Shown: piece by piece, positions 27,150-36,235 of the stretch | Layout: each line of letters begins with the position of its first letter | Numbering within the stretch: the stretch's first letter is position 1 | Source: Candidatus Micrarchaeota archaeon | GTDB taxonomy: Archaea; Micrarchaeota; Micrarchaeia; Micrarchaeales; CABMGC01 | Length of the DNA: 64,000 nt | Reading direction: 5' to 3' | Assembly: GCA_027319905.1 (NCBI GenBank) | Contig: DAHVMJ010000001.1 | Coordinates: 1-64,000 of the forward strand | Program-made: the position numbers and the translations under genes | Notes under the pieces: model-generated | The model's database searches: none | What the model was told of the DNA's origin: nothing | What the model saw: only the letters and a program-made list of their open reading frames with translations

Positions 27150-28796
27150 CTAGGCGTACTTCTTCAGCTTCTCTATCTCGCTGCTGGTCATCTTGTGGAA
27201 GATAGGCTTGGGCTCCTCGTTGAGGTTGGGCCTGACCTTGTCCTCAAGCATCTTCAGAGTGGGTTCCGAGCTAACACCGAAGTAGGAAAGGAGCTCGGCG
27301 CTCGCCTTCGGCGAGAAAGGATACAGCAGAATGCCTATTGCGTATGTGATCTCAAGCAGTTCTGAGAAGATCTTCCTCGCCTGCTTTTCGGTCTTCTCCT
27401 CGTCCTTCGCTTTCTTCGCAAGCAGCCATGGTTCTTTATTGCTCATTATTCCATTTCCTGCATCGGCGAGCTTCACCACCACGCCTATCGCTTTCTTGAG
27501 CCGAAGTTCGTTGAATGCGTCGCTGTACTCTTCGGCAAACCTCTTCACCGTGGAATTGCCAATTGCTGATATCTCGTCCTCGATCAGAAACTTGTTGCTC
27601 TTCGACAGTTTTAGCACACGCTGCGCCAGATTGCCTATCTTATCATTCATTATTGTGTTTACGATCTCAACCAGGCCATGTTCTGTGAACTCGCTGTCCG
27701 AGTTCTCTGGGTACATATATATCAGCACAAACCTCCAGTAGTCGGCGGAGAGTATTTCCAGCGCGCTGCTCATGTTCAGCCCTACACCGCGACTCTTCGA
27801 GAATTTAACGGTCTTGGAGACCAAGAACTGAGACTCTTTTATAGTGTGAGGCAATATGAAACCTAATCTTGACCCTATTGCCATACCAGGCCAGATTATT
27901 GTGTGAAAAATTGTGTTATCCTTTCCGAGAAATTGCATAAGAAAAGTATGTTCATTCTGCCAGTAATCGCGCCATCTCTTCGTATCCCACTCTTTGGTTA
28001 TTCCAATATAACCAATCAGGCCTGTTATCCAGACATAGATTACGGAGTTCTCGTAACCTATGAGCGGAACTGGAAATCCCCACTTCATGTTCCTTGTTAT
28101 GTCTCTAGGCTTCAATCCTTCTTTTAGCATACTTAGAGACTTGTTTACCGCATCTTTACTCCAATTGTATTTAGAATTGGCTCTTATGAATTTAGTTATG
28201 TCGGGTTGCAGTTTGTTAAGCTCTAATGCAAGGTTCTTAGTCTTAACAAAAGTTATGTCGCTCTTGCTGCAGATAGAACAAAACGGGTCTATTATTTGAG
28301 ATGGCTCTAACAGTCGTCCACAGTTATCGCACTGGTCTCCGCGTGCGCTTCGACTATGGCAGTAGGGGCATGTTCCTTGTATAAGCCTATCGGTAAGGAA
28401 ACGTTTGTCAACATTGCAATACGCTTGCATATCTTCCCTTTCCAACAGGTAGCCGTTGTTATACAATTCGTTGAAGATGCTGTACACCACTTCTTTGTTT
28501 TCTGGAGTATTTGTCTTGCCGTAATGTGTGAACGTGCATTCGTACTTCTCGAAAAGTTTTTTGATTTTTTCGTGCATCTCATCTGCCAGCGCGGACGGTT
28601 CTACGCCTTTCTTTATAGCAGCAAGCTCTGTTGGTGTGCCGTGCTGGTCTGAGCCGCATATGAATATTGCGTCGTCTCCGTTCATTCTCAGGTACTTAAA
28701 GTACACGTCGGCCGGTAGCACTGACCCCACGAAGTTGCCCAGATGGGGCACGGAGTAGACGTACGGCAGCGCGGCGGTAACGATTACTCTTGCCAC
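27150..28796 (-). CDS. metG: Methionyl-tRNA synthetase (no C-terminal OB domain)
   Basis: ALPY...PHLGN, GSDQHGT, Zn knuckles, GKDN..FH, KFSKS. Confidence 0.96.
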   Translation of the reverse strand: MARVIVTAALPYVYSVPHLGNFVGSVLPADVYFKYLRMNGDDAIFICGSDQHGTPTELAAIKKGVEPSALADEMHEKIKKLFEKYECTFTHYGKTNTPENKEVVYSIFNELYNNGYLLEREDMQAYCNVDKRFLTDRLIQGTCPYCHSRSARGDQCDNCGRLLEPSQIIDPFCSICSKSDITFVKTKNLALELNKLQPDITKFIRANSKYNWSKDAVNKSLSMLKEGLKPRDITRNMKWGFPVPLIGYENSVIYVWITGLIGYIGITKEWDTKRWRDYWQNEHTFLMQFLGKDNTIFHTIIWPGMAIGSRLGFILPHTIKESQFLVSKTVKFSKSRGVGLNMSSALEILSADYWRFVLIYMYPENSDSEFTEHGLVEIVNTIMNDKIGNLAQRVLKLSKSNKFLIEDEISAIGNSTVKRFAEEYSDAFNELRLKKAIGVVVKLADAGNGIMSNKEPWLLAKKAKDEEKTEKQARKIFSELLEITYAIGILLYPFSPKASAELLSYFGVSSEPTLKMLEDKVRPNLNEEPKPIFHKMTSSEIEKLKKYA

Positions 28797-28845
28797 TTGA
28801 CCACTTGCTGTTATTTATCAGCACACAAGAAATATAAACTCCGAT

Positions 28846-29331
28846 ATGGAAGAAACTCTGATTCTGATGGTAGCAACAGAAACAAGAGCAGAATCTGGGC
28901 TGGTGGGCAGAATGTTTGTGCTGGAAAACAAGAGGTTTGCGGAACTCGAGAAGATAGCGGCGCAGAGAAATGTCTCGTTGGTTGATGTTATTGCAGAAGG
29001 ACTTACTTTGAGCGGAGGCAAACCGAAGCTCAAACTAGAGAGACGTTGGGGCAATGGCCAGCTCAATGGATACCCTTCGGACTACGTGATGCTACACATG
29101 ATAGTGTCTGAGTCATTCCTTAACGATCTTTCAGAGGAAGGCAGTAGAAGCGGGAGGACGCTGAACGACCACATCCACGCGAAGCTTGAGAGATATGTAG
29201 ACAAAACGCTGACGCTGACTTCCGCGCTGCGACTTCAAATCGAGGAGAGATCTGACGAGCTCCGCACCGAACCGCCTTCTGGTGCCGTGCTCATGCGCCA
29301 CTGGCGCATGCAGAACGGCCTGCCGGTCTGA
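28846..29331 (+). CDS. Hypothetical protein (possible tandem ribbon-helix-helix)
   Basis: 161-aa ORF; LEKIAAQRNVSLVDVI and LSEEGSRSGRTLNDHI resemble RHH helices. Confidence 0.6.
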   Translation: MEETLILMVATETRAESGLVGRMFVLENKRFAELEKIAAQRNVSLVDVIAEGLTLSGGKPKLKLERRWGNGQLNGYPSDYVMLHMIVSESFLNDLSEEGSRSGRTLNDHIHAKLERYVDKTLTLTSALRLQIEERSDELRTEPPSGAVLMRHWRMQNGLPV

Positions 29332-29407
29332 AACTCCATGCAGGCCGCGCAGCAATCAAGCTTAAATACTTATTACCGCACATTCTCCTAACAACAAAAG
29401 GATAGGG

Positions 29408-29503
29408 ATGGTTTCACCATTGGAACTGTTCGCTAAAGCGACAACTGGAAACGGCGCTGTTTCTGTCTTTTCTTTCAATGCTACTGTGGGCTCGGGGAAA
29501 TAA
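29408..29503 (+). CDS. Putative 31-aa leader peptide upstream of and in frame with speD
   Basis: MVSPLELFAKATTGNGAVSVFSFNATVGSGK-TAA-AGG-CTA-GAA-ATG; purine-rich RBS-like sequence upstream. Confidence 0.5.
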   Translation: MVSPLELFAKATTGNGAVSVFSFNATVGSGK

Positions 29504-29512
29504 AGGCTAGAA

Positions 29513-29947
29513 ATGTTCGGGCCACACCTAACTATTGATTTGTACGGCTGCGATGCGAAGCTGCTCAGCGACGCGACTCACGTGTACCGCATACTTGACG
29601 AGATGCCCTCGCTTCTGAAGATGAAGAAGATAAGCATACCTCAAATCCTGCCTTATGAGGGTTCGCCGGGCACGTTTGACAAAGGCGGAGTGTCAGCCTT
29701 TGTGCTCATAGCCACTTCGCACATAAGCATACACACCTTCGTGCACCAGAGGTACGCGTCGGTAGACATCTTCTCGTGCAAGGCGTTCGACACGGACAAG
29801 GCAATCGGCTACATCTCGGGCAAGTTCAGGGCTAAGAAGGTAGAGACGAACCTACTCAACCGTGGGAAGGAGTTCCCGAAAGAGGTTGAGAAGGCGAAAG
29901 CGATAGTGGCCAAGGATAGAAATGCGGTAAAGCGGCACGGACGCTGA
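29513..29947 (+). CDS. speD: S-adenosylmethionine decarboxylase proenzyme (class 1B)
   Basis: FGPHL.IDLYGC, GVSAFVLIAT/SHISIHT, VDIFSCK.FD. Confidence 0.92.
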   Translation: MFGPHLTIDLYGCDAKLLSDATHVYRILDEMPSLLKMKKISIPQILPYEGSPGTFDKGGVSAFVLIATSHISIHTFVHQRYASVDIFSCKAFDTDKAIGYISGKFRAKKVETNLLNRGKEFPKEVEKAKAIVAKDRNAVKRHGR

Positions 29948-30034
29948 TAGAACAATCGCCATACCAATACGCTAGACGTATAAATCTTTCTTCTTTATCT
30001 ACCCTCGCGACCGGGGAGTAACACGGACATTAAA

Positions 30035-30259
30035 ATGACTCGTCAACTCCAGCAGTACATATCGGGAGAGAAGACGGGATTGGAGATGTTCCTTAGTACG
30101 AATGAGCTCAGGCACGTGAGCAAACTGCTGCTGCTCAGGCAACAGACGCGTAAAACCTCAGGACTTGACGACGAGCTGGCATCACTGCTGGTGACAGCAC
30201 GAAGAAGGGAGAAACGGGAAAGAAGGAGGATGACGGAAGAACTTCTGCGCTGGCCCTGA
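30035..30259 (+). CDS. Hypothetical small protein
   Basis: 74-aa ORF followed by a T-run. Confidence 0.5.
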   Translation: MTRQLQQYISGEKTGLEMFLSTNELRHVSKLLLLRQQTRKTSGLDDELASLLVTARRREKRERRRMTEELLRWP

Positions 30260-30278
30260 TTTTTTTAAAAAGAAAGAG

Positions 30279-30325
30279 GTGTTAAGGTGTGGTGGGTGGG
30301 GATAAAATATAAGGCACCTTAACAC
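30279..30325. other. Intergenic 11-bp perfect hairpin; sRNA candidate
   Basis: GTGTTAAGGTG (30279..30289) / CACCTTAACAC (30315..30325). Confidence 0.55.
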
Positions 30326-30409
30326 GTGAAGGAACATTAGGCATGAAAAGGTTTATATAGGTTACTACGACACGAAACGAAGTTTATAACCAGGTGATTA
30401 TCTGGGATC

Positions 30410-30973
30410 GTGCGTATTATGCAGAATGACAATGACACACCCGCGTGGATGGTTTGCGACGAGCTGATCTCTAAGATGCGCGACGAGATCCTCTCGCAGG
30501 CTGTTTCCGCGATGCGCGAGCAGCTGGAAAAGAAGCACATAGCACTAGAGGGACAGCTTCCGAGCGCGAGCGAGGAAGGGAGCGAAAAGGAGCGCGACGC
30601 TTTCCTGCTGGAGCAGATAGTCAAGCAGCATGAGAACATGGAGAGGCAGTTCGGCGAGTACCTGGAGGTGGCCGGGCTTGACAAAACCGCGATGGCGAGA
30701 GCGGAGGGGCTGCGAAGGTTCCTGTTGGAACTCAGGCAGATAGTGCTGCTCGACGGCTACGCAAAAGAATGTGAGCGCTGGTTGGCTGACGCTGAGAAGG
30801 AGCTGAAGGGACGAGACGCTGCAGAGATCATGGCCAAGACCATCAAAAAGGATGAAAAGAGGCGCGAGGTGCTTGACTACGCACTTAAGAACAAGCAGTT
30901 TGTCAGAGAGAACGTGTTCTCCGAAGGTGAGAAGCACATCATGGAAGATGCGCTTAGGCTTACTTCTGAATGA
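30410..30973 (+). CDS. Hypothetical helical protein
   Basis: 187-aa ORF with TATA-like boxes upstream. Confidence 0.7.
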   Translation: MRIMQNDNDTPAWMVCDELISKMRDEILSQAVSAMREQLEKKHIALEGQLPSASEEGSEKERDAFLLEQIVKQHENMERQFGEYLEVAGLDKTAMARAEGLRRFLLELRQIVLLDGYAKECERWLADAEKELKGRDAAEIMAKTIKKDEKRREVLDYALKNKQFVRENVFSEGEKHIMEDALRLTSE

Positions 30974-31474
30974 TCACCAGGGCACGCTCTTTATCTTGGC
31001 TCTATGGGCCAGTATGTTTGTGCCCTTGTGCAACACTCCGGTAAGCACCGTGATAACGACGATCCCGAAGTAGTTTGGAAGGCCGCCGAAGGGCAGAGAG
31101 AACAGGAGCGCGACTACGAAGAATGAGTACTGATCAAGAAGTATCACGTTTGTGCCTTCCTTAAGTCCGGCCTGCCTTTTTATGAAACTGTTTAGCAGGT
31201 CTCCCACTACGGCTCCAAGCGTAACAGCGGCACCGAGGAGCAGCGGATAGGACAGAAAGATGTACAGCAGCGCCGTTGTGACGAGCCCTCCCAGAAGGCC
31301 AGAAGCCGTACCACTGACGGTCTTGTGTCTGCCGAATATGGGCTTGCCCAAAAGCTTCCTGCCGAGATCCAGAGGCGCACCGCCTCCGAAGAGTACAGGA
31401 GCGCCGTTGGCTATCCAGGCCGGAAGTATGAAGATTATCGGGTAGGCAAGCAGTATGTATAGCAGGTCAACCAT
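30974..31474 (-). CDS. carS: CDP-archaeol synthase
   Basis: PAWIANGAPV, PLDLG, FGRHKT, GDLLNSFIKR, LLDQ, IKSVPW. Confidence 0.93.
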   Translation of the reverse strand: MVDLLYILLAYPIIFILPAWIANGAPVLFGGGAPLDLGRKLLGKPIFGRHKTVSGTASGLLGGLVTTALLYIFLSYPLLLGAAVTLGAVVGDLLNSFIKRQAGLKEGTNVILLDQYSFFVVALLFSLPFGGLPNYFGIVVITVLTGVLHKGTNILAHRAKIKSVPW

Positions 31475-31475
31475 C

Positions 31476-34160
31476 CTAGTGCGCCTGTTTCTGGTCTATC
31501 TTTGCTTCTGCAAACCTCTTTGAGCCGCCGCCCTGGAAGGTTTGACCCTTCAGCTTCGAGTCCAGCAGCTCTGCCGCATTTACCTTAGAAGCCGCGCCGG
31601 TCATGCAGATCACAAAGCCTTCTTTGTTCTTCAGGAATACGGCGGTTTCGCTGTTACGCTTGACCAGCAGGTCAGCTATCTTTATCAGCATCTTCCTGTC
31701 CACGGCCAGCTCCCGCTCCACTATCTCAGCGTCGGAAATTGCTTCGGCTATACTGTCAGCGAGAAGCTCGTTGTTCTTTTCTATAAGCTTGTGCATCGCC
31801 CTTATCTCCTCCTGCTGCTGCTCCACCCTTCCCGCGACCATCATGGGCTCTACGTTGAACGCCTTTGACAGTCTGTCAAGCTGCTGGTGCATCGTCTCGA
31901 AGCGCCTCAGCGCAGCAGGGCCGGCGACGAACTCGATCCTGTCTATGCCGTCGTGTATCCTCTCAGTGCCCGTTATGCTGACCATGCCCAGCAGGTTCTC
32001 CCTGCCGACCGCATGTATGCCGCCGCACGCCTCCGCGTCTATCAGCTTGCCCTCTTTGGTTGTTATCGTGACTATGCGCATCCTCTTTGCTGGCGCACCG
32101 TGGCCCTGGTAGATTGAGAAGCCGTATCTGCTCTCTGCTTTCCCGCGGCTCATCTCCTCAGCCTTCACCCTTATGCCGTTGAAGAGCCAGGCGTTGACCA
32201 TTGTCTCTATCGCCTTGACCTCTTTCTCGCTCAGCTTGTCATAGTGGGCTATGTCTATGTGCGCCTTGTGCTCCTCCTTCTTTGCGCCTTCCTGCCATGC
32301 GTGCTCTCCCAGCACCTTCCTCGCGGCTGCACTGATCAGGTGCGTGGCGGTGTGATGCGCTATTATCGCGTCCCTGCGTTCCGCGTCTACAACCGCATCG
32401 ACTATCTCCCCCTTCTTCATGCCGCTGCTCTTTTCGGTGAAGTGCACTATGATGTCGCCCACTTTCTGTACGTCGGTTATCTTGATTCCGTCAACAGTGC
32501 CGGTGTCCGCAACCTGTCCCCCGCCTTCGGGGTAGAAGGGAGTCTTGTCTAGAACGACGTGGTTGCCTTTCGCGAAAAGCACCTTTGCCTTTGTGTTTGT
32601 TACGAAGTCGTAGTAAAGCTTCTTTGTCGGAGGCAGGTCTTTTGGAAGCGAGACTGCCAAGGGCGTCTTCTTCTCTTTCTTTGCCATGTCTGCCTTGACC
32701 ATCTCCGTGTACGCTCCTTCGGGCAGCTCAAGCCTGATCTTCTTCTCTGCCGCAACTTTTGCGATGAGTTCTGGCGTGGCGCCCTGGCTCTCGTACAGGG
32801 TCTTCATCTGCTCTCTTGTTATCGTGCTGTTCTTGGAGAGCAACACCTCCACAGCACGTCTTGCGCCTTCCCGTGCGCGCCCGTATCTGTCCCTCTCCAC
32901 GTCAACGACCTTAGAGAAGACATCGTGCTTGCCCGCCAGTTCGGGATACATGGGCTTAAGCTCGTCCGCGATTAACTCTGCGAGCGTTTTCAACTCTATC
33001 TTGAAGCCATATTCCTCTATGAAGTCGAACGCGCGCCTGAGCAGTATCCTGAGATTGTAGCCGCCGCCCACGTTCGAGGGCAGAGAGCCGTCGTTTACTG
33101 CGAAGAGCAGCGTGCGGGTATGGTCGAGAAGCGCGTATGCAGCCTGCATCGGCTTTATCTTCTTCTCGTAATCGCGAGGGCTTATCTTCGCTTCCAGGAG
33201 TACGTGCCTTTCCTCTTCTGCGTAGTTGCGCACATCCTCGCGGTTCAGTACTCCCGCATACCTGGCAAATTTGGCATAGAAGCCACGGTCGAATTCTGTG
33301 TTGAGCTCGTCCTCAACCTTCGCGAGCGTGTTGCTGAAGACTGCATCGTAGGCAGTGGGAAGCCCGGTATAGAACCAGAAGTTGCGTTCGAATCCCCAGC
33401 CAGTGTCAACCACCTTGCCTGACAGTTCTCCAATCTTTCCATCGCTCAATTCAAACTGCGTGAAGACGTTGTTGCCCAGCTCTGCGCCCTTGGCAAAGAA
33501 CTCCAGACTCGGACCGAACTCTGAGAAATCGGGCATCGCCCACACGTCTTCCTGATATCTTATCTCCTCTTCCTCTATGCCCATTATCTTTGTCAGGAAG
33601 TTGAAGTTAAGCTCTATTGTCTTGTCGCGCCAATAGCCCTCTTTGGGATAGTTGAATGATGTCTGATTGGCCATGACGAAGGTGGTGAAGTGCCTGCCCG
33701 TAACGCCGACGTTCTCTATGTCCTTGAACCTGAGGCACGGTTGAGGAACGAGAAGCGGGTTTGCGCTGTATTCGAAGCTCATGCGTCCATTCTCTATGCG
33801 CTGGAAATCCTGTATGCCTGCTATGGTAAAGTAGAGATCCTGGCGCCACCTGCTTACCACGGGATACCTCTTTACTATCGCGTGACCGTTTCTCCTGAAG
33901 AAGCCTGAGAATTTTTTCCAGAAGTCTGTGTAGCTTATGCCATCTGGCCTTTCCTTGAAGAACGAGTACGGCGTGTGTATCGAGTCGCCGCAATTGTTTG
34001 TTTCGGCTATGCCCCAGAACCATTTCCCGCAGATGCGACACCTCTGCCTCTTGAAGCCCCTTTCCCCGAATAGCTTAGTTGAGTAGTACTCCTCAGAGCG
34101 CTTGGAAAATTCTGAGATCAGCGCAGTCTTGCTCACTTTCTCTGGACTTATAGCAATCAT
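31476..34160 (-). CDS. alaS: Alanyl-tRNA synthetase (archaeal type)
   Basis: YPVVSRWR.DLYFT.A, TGRHFT.F.M, VDTGWGFER, DHTRT, HTATH editing motif, GGGS. Confidence 0.98.
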   Translation of the reverse strand: MIAISPEKVSKTALISEFSKRSEEYYSTKLFGERGFKRQRCRICGKWFWGIAETNNCGDSIHTPYSFFKERPDGISYTDFWKKFSGFFRRNGHAIVKRYPVVSRWRQDLYFTIAGIQDFQRIENGRMSFEYSANPLLVPQPCLRFKDIENVGVTGRHFTTFVMANQTSFNYPKEGYWRDKTIELNFNFLTKIMGIEEEEIRYQEDVWAMPDFSEFGPSLEFFAKGAELGNNVFTQFELSDGKIGELSGKVVDTGWGFERNFWFYTGLPTAYDAVFSNTLAKVEDELNTEFDRGFYAKFARYAGVLNREDVRNYAEEERHVLLEAKISPRDYEKKIKPMQAAYALLDHTRTLLFAVNDGSLPSNVGGGYNLRILLRRAFDFIEEYGFKIELKTLAELIADELKPMYPELAGKHDVFSKVVDVERDRYGRAREGARRAVEVLLSKNSTITREQMKTLYESQGATPELIAKVAAEKKIRLELPEGAYTEMVKADMAKKEKKTPLAVSLPKDLPPTKKLYYDFVTNTKAKVLFAKGNHVVLDKTPFYPEGGGQVADTGTVDGIKITDVQKVGDIIVHFTEKSSGMKKGEIVDAVVDAERRDAIIAHHTATHLISAAARKVLGEHAWQEGAKKEEHKAHIDIAHYDKLSEKEVKAIETMVNAWLFNGIRVKAEEMSRGKAESRYGFSIYQGHGAPAKRMRIVTITTKEGKLIDAEACGGIHAVGRENLLGMVSITGTERIHDGIDRIEFVAGPAALRRFETMHQQLDRLSKAFNVEPMMVAGRVEQQQEEIRAMHKLIEKNNELLADSIAEAISDAEIVERELAVDRKMLIKIADLLVKRNSETAVFLKNKEGFVICMTGAASKVNAAELLDSKLKGQTFQGGGSKRFAEAKIDQKQAH

Positions 34161-35036
34161 TCACTTACCCGTCCACCACGCCTTGCACTCATTTCCGAAG
34201 AACTTGCAGAACCTGCATTTCCAGTTCTCAGCCTCGACTACTGGAGCGGATTCCCTCTCGCCGTTCCAGAACTTCATCGCGTAGGCCACGCTGTCCATTA
34301 TCTCGTTCTCGTTGTACTCTATTTCGGTACTGCTTATCTGCTTTCCGCTGAACCTGTCAACGTACACCACCTCGACCCTGTCGCTGAGCTCCGGAAGCGC
34401 GTATATCTCGTTGAACATCTTTTCTGATATGGAGTATGGATTGATCAGCTCGTCCCTGACACCCATCGCCTGCAGCTCGCGCTTGAATACATCAGAAAGG
34501 CCGTTCTTTGTCAGTCCGTATATCTTGGTAAAGTTCTCGTGCGTATATCTCTTCGCCTTTATGTCTCCAAGCATCTTCCTGTATAGCTTCACCTGCACAA
34601 GATGGGGTCGCGAATATACTTCTGTCAACTTCCTGTTCGCATCTGTCGTCTTGCGCTCTATAACCTTCGCCTTGCCCTCTACTATTTTCATCTCGTCTAT
34701 CTGGCCGGAGAGCTTGTAGCCGTTTATCGAGCCGTAGATCCTTAACTCCCTGCAGATTCCCTTGTCTTTAAGCGAGAGCAGCGAGCGATAGTTCTCGTAC
34801 GCTATCTTGTACATGAGGTCCTCGTAGGTAACGGGTTCTATCGTGAGCGGCACATAGACCTCGTCCTGCAGAGCCTCGTGCATCTGCTTCCCCCGTTCCA
34901 TGAACTTCGTGTACTTCTTCCCGTAGAGGTAGTTGAACTCCATCTGCCTCTCACACCAGAACTGATTTGCTATGTCTGTCACTAGTATCGAGCTCTTCCC
35001 GAGCCTCTTGAGAACACCACTTCCCCCAACCTGCAC
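34161..35036 (-). CDS. Solo Cas4/Exo5-like PD-(D/E)XK nuclease with probable 4Fe-4S cluster
   Basis: VTDI..QFWCE, G..MH, GQIDE...IERKT, QVKLY, CRFCKF...C. Confidence 0.85.
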   Translation of the reverse strand: MQVGGSGVLKRLGKSSILVTDIANQFWCERQMEFNYLYGKKYTKFMERGKQMHEALQDEVYVPLTIEPVTYEDLMYKIAYENYRSLLSLKDKGICRELRIYGSINGYKLSGQIDEMKIVEGKAKVIERKTTDANRKLTEVYSRPHLVQVKLYRKMLGDIKAKRYTHENFTKIYGLTKNGLSDVFKRELQAMGVRDELINPYSISEKMFNEIYALPELSDRVEVVYVDRFSGKQISSTEIEYNENEIMDSVAYAMKFWNGERESAPVVEAENWKCRFCKFFGNECKAWWTGK

Positions 35037-35142
35037 ACGAACGCCTATGTATCAGACCGCCTATCTCTCGTCATCGCCTAAGCTCAGCGATCACCTTTGT
35101 CATCATATGCATTTTTATTCGTTAAACAGGATTATAAACGCT

Positions 35143-35778
35143 ATGCGACTTCTTTCCGAATACGATCTCTTCATCTTTGATTGGGACCACACGTTGACAA
35201 CATCTACTCTCGCTGTTGGTCTCCTCGGAATGGCGAGGGCGCACTCCAAGAAGGCGCGCGCAGAGAAACTGAGGAACATGAGCTCAGCCGATTTTTCAGC
35301 TAAGAACGTGGAGGTAAAAGAAGAGGTTAGCAGAATCTACTCGTTTTTCGATGATGTATATTCTTTCGTTTTCTGCCCTCGGCTCAAACGCGATGCGGTT
35401 CCTCTGCTGGAATTTCTTAAGAAGAGGAAGAAAAAGGTGGCGATCTTCAGCGACTCAAAGGCATACAGGCTGCTTAAGGAGATGAGGGTTCTGGGCGTAG
35501 CTGATTATGTTGATTTTGCCCTCGCCGCGGAGTCGATAGGCCGCTACAAACCAGACCCGACAGGGCTGCTTGTGGTGATGGGTAGATTCCGCGCACGCAG
35601 GAAGAGAAGTATTTACATAGGAGATATGGCGGGCGACATGCTCACGGCGCGCCTGGCTGGAATCGCATCTGTGGGAGTGGCAGACGGTATAGCTTCTGCA
35701 GACGAGCTGCGCGCAGAGAAGCCAATCCGTGTGTTCCCACACCTTGGTGCGCTTCTTCGCGAGATGGAATCTGCTTGA
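35143..35778 (+). CDS. HAD-family hydrolase (phosphoglycolate phosphatase-like)
   Basis: FIFDWDHTL, KPDP, YIGDMAGD. Confidence 0.88.
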   Translation: MRLLSEYDLFIFDWDHTLTTSTLAVGLLGMARAHSKKARAEKLRNMSSADFSAKNVEVKEEVSRIYSFFDDVYSFVFCPRLKRDAVPLLEFLKKRKKKVAIFSDSKAYRLLKEMRVLGVADYVDFALAAESIGRYKPDPTGLLVVMGRFRARRKRSIYIGDMAGDMLTARLAGIASVGVADGIASADELRAEKPIRVFPHLGALLREMESA

Positions 35779-35888
35779 CACGGATTCGCTCTTCCGACGT
35801 AAACATAGGTTTATATAGGCAACAATGCAAATAACAACTACTTGCAGACAGCTTACAGCTAATTCTGCAGATATAAGAGGAAAATAAA

Positions 35889-36176
35889 ATGGCATACGGA
35901 GAAGACGAAGAAGGAGGACACGGCAGAGGCGAGAGAGGAGAAAGGAGAGGAATGAACCCCAACTATTTCCTGCCCAAGCCTGTCAAGGTCGGAGATGTAC
36001 TGGAGGTGACCATAGAAGGGTCTGCCTCAAGAGGAGACGGAATAGCGAAGAAGGACGGCTTTGTGATCTTTGTGAAGGGAGCGAAGCCTGGAGACAAGCT
36101 GACAGTCAAGGTAACTGACGTCAGAACCAGATTCGCAATCGGCGAACCGACTGACGCGGCAGCACCAGCAGCTTAG
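35889..36176 (+). CDS. Single-TRAM-domain RNA chaperone
   Basis: PVKVGD.LEVTIE....RGDGIAK.DGFVIFV.GAK.GD. Confidence 0.93.
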   Translation: MAYGEDEEGGHGRGERGERRGMNPNYFLPKPVKVGDVLEVTIEGSASRGDGIAKKDGFVIFVKGAKPGDKLTVKVTDVRTRFAIGEPTDAAAPAA

Positions 36177-36235
36177 GCTTAACTTTTCTTTTTGCTAAGA
36201 AAGGTATGGCTGGCTAGCGCAAGCCATATGCGCAA

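Noticed and set aside
29501..29503. Genome-wide stop-codon reassignment
   Set aside because: TAA, TAG and TGA all end conserved genes at the expected positions (rps2 TAA, rpoD TAG, rpoN TGA).
34161..35036. CRISPR-Cas locus
   Set aside because: Only a solo Cas4-like gene; no repeat-spacer array or other cas genes were seen in the window.
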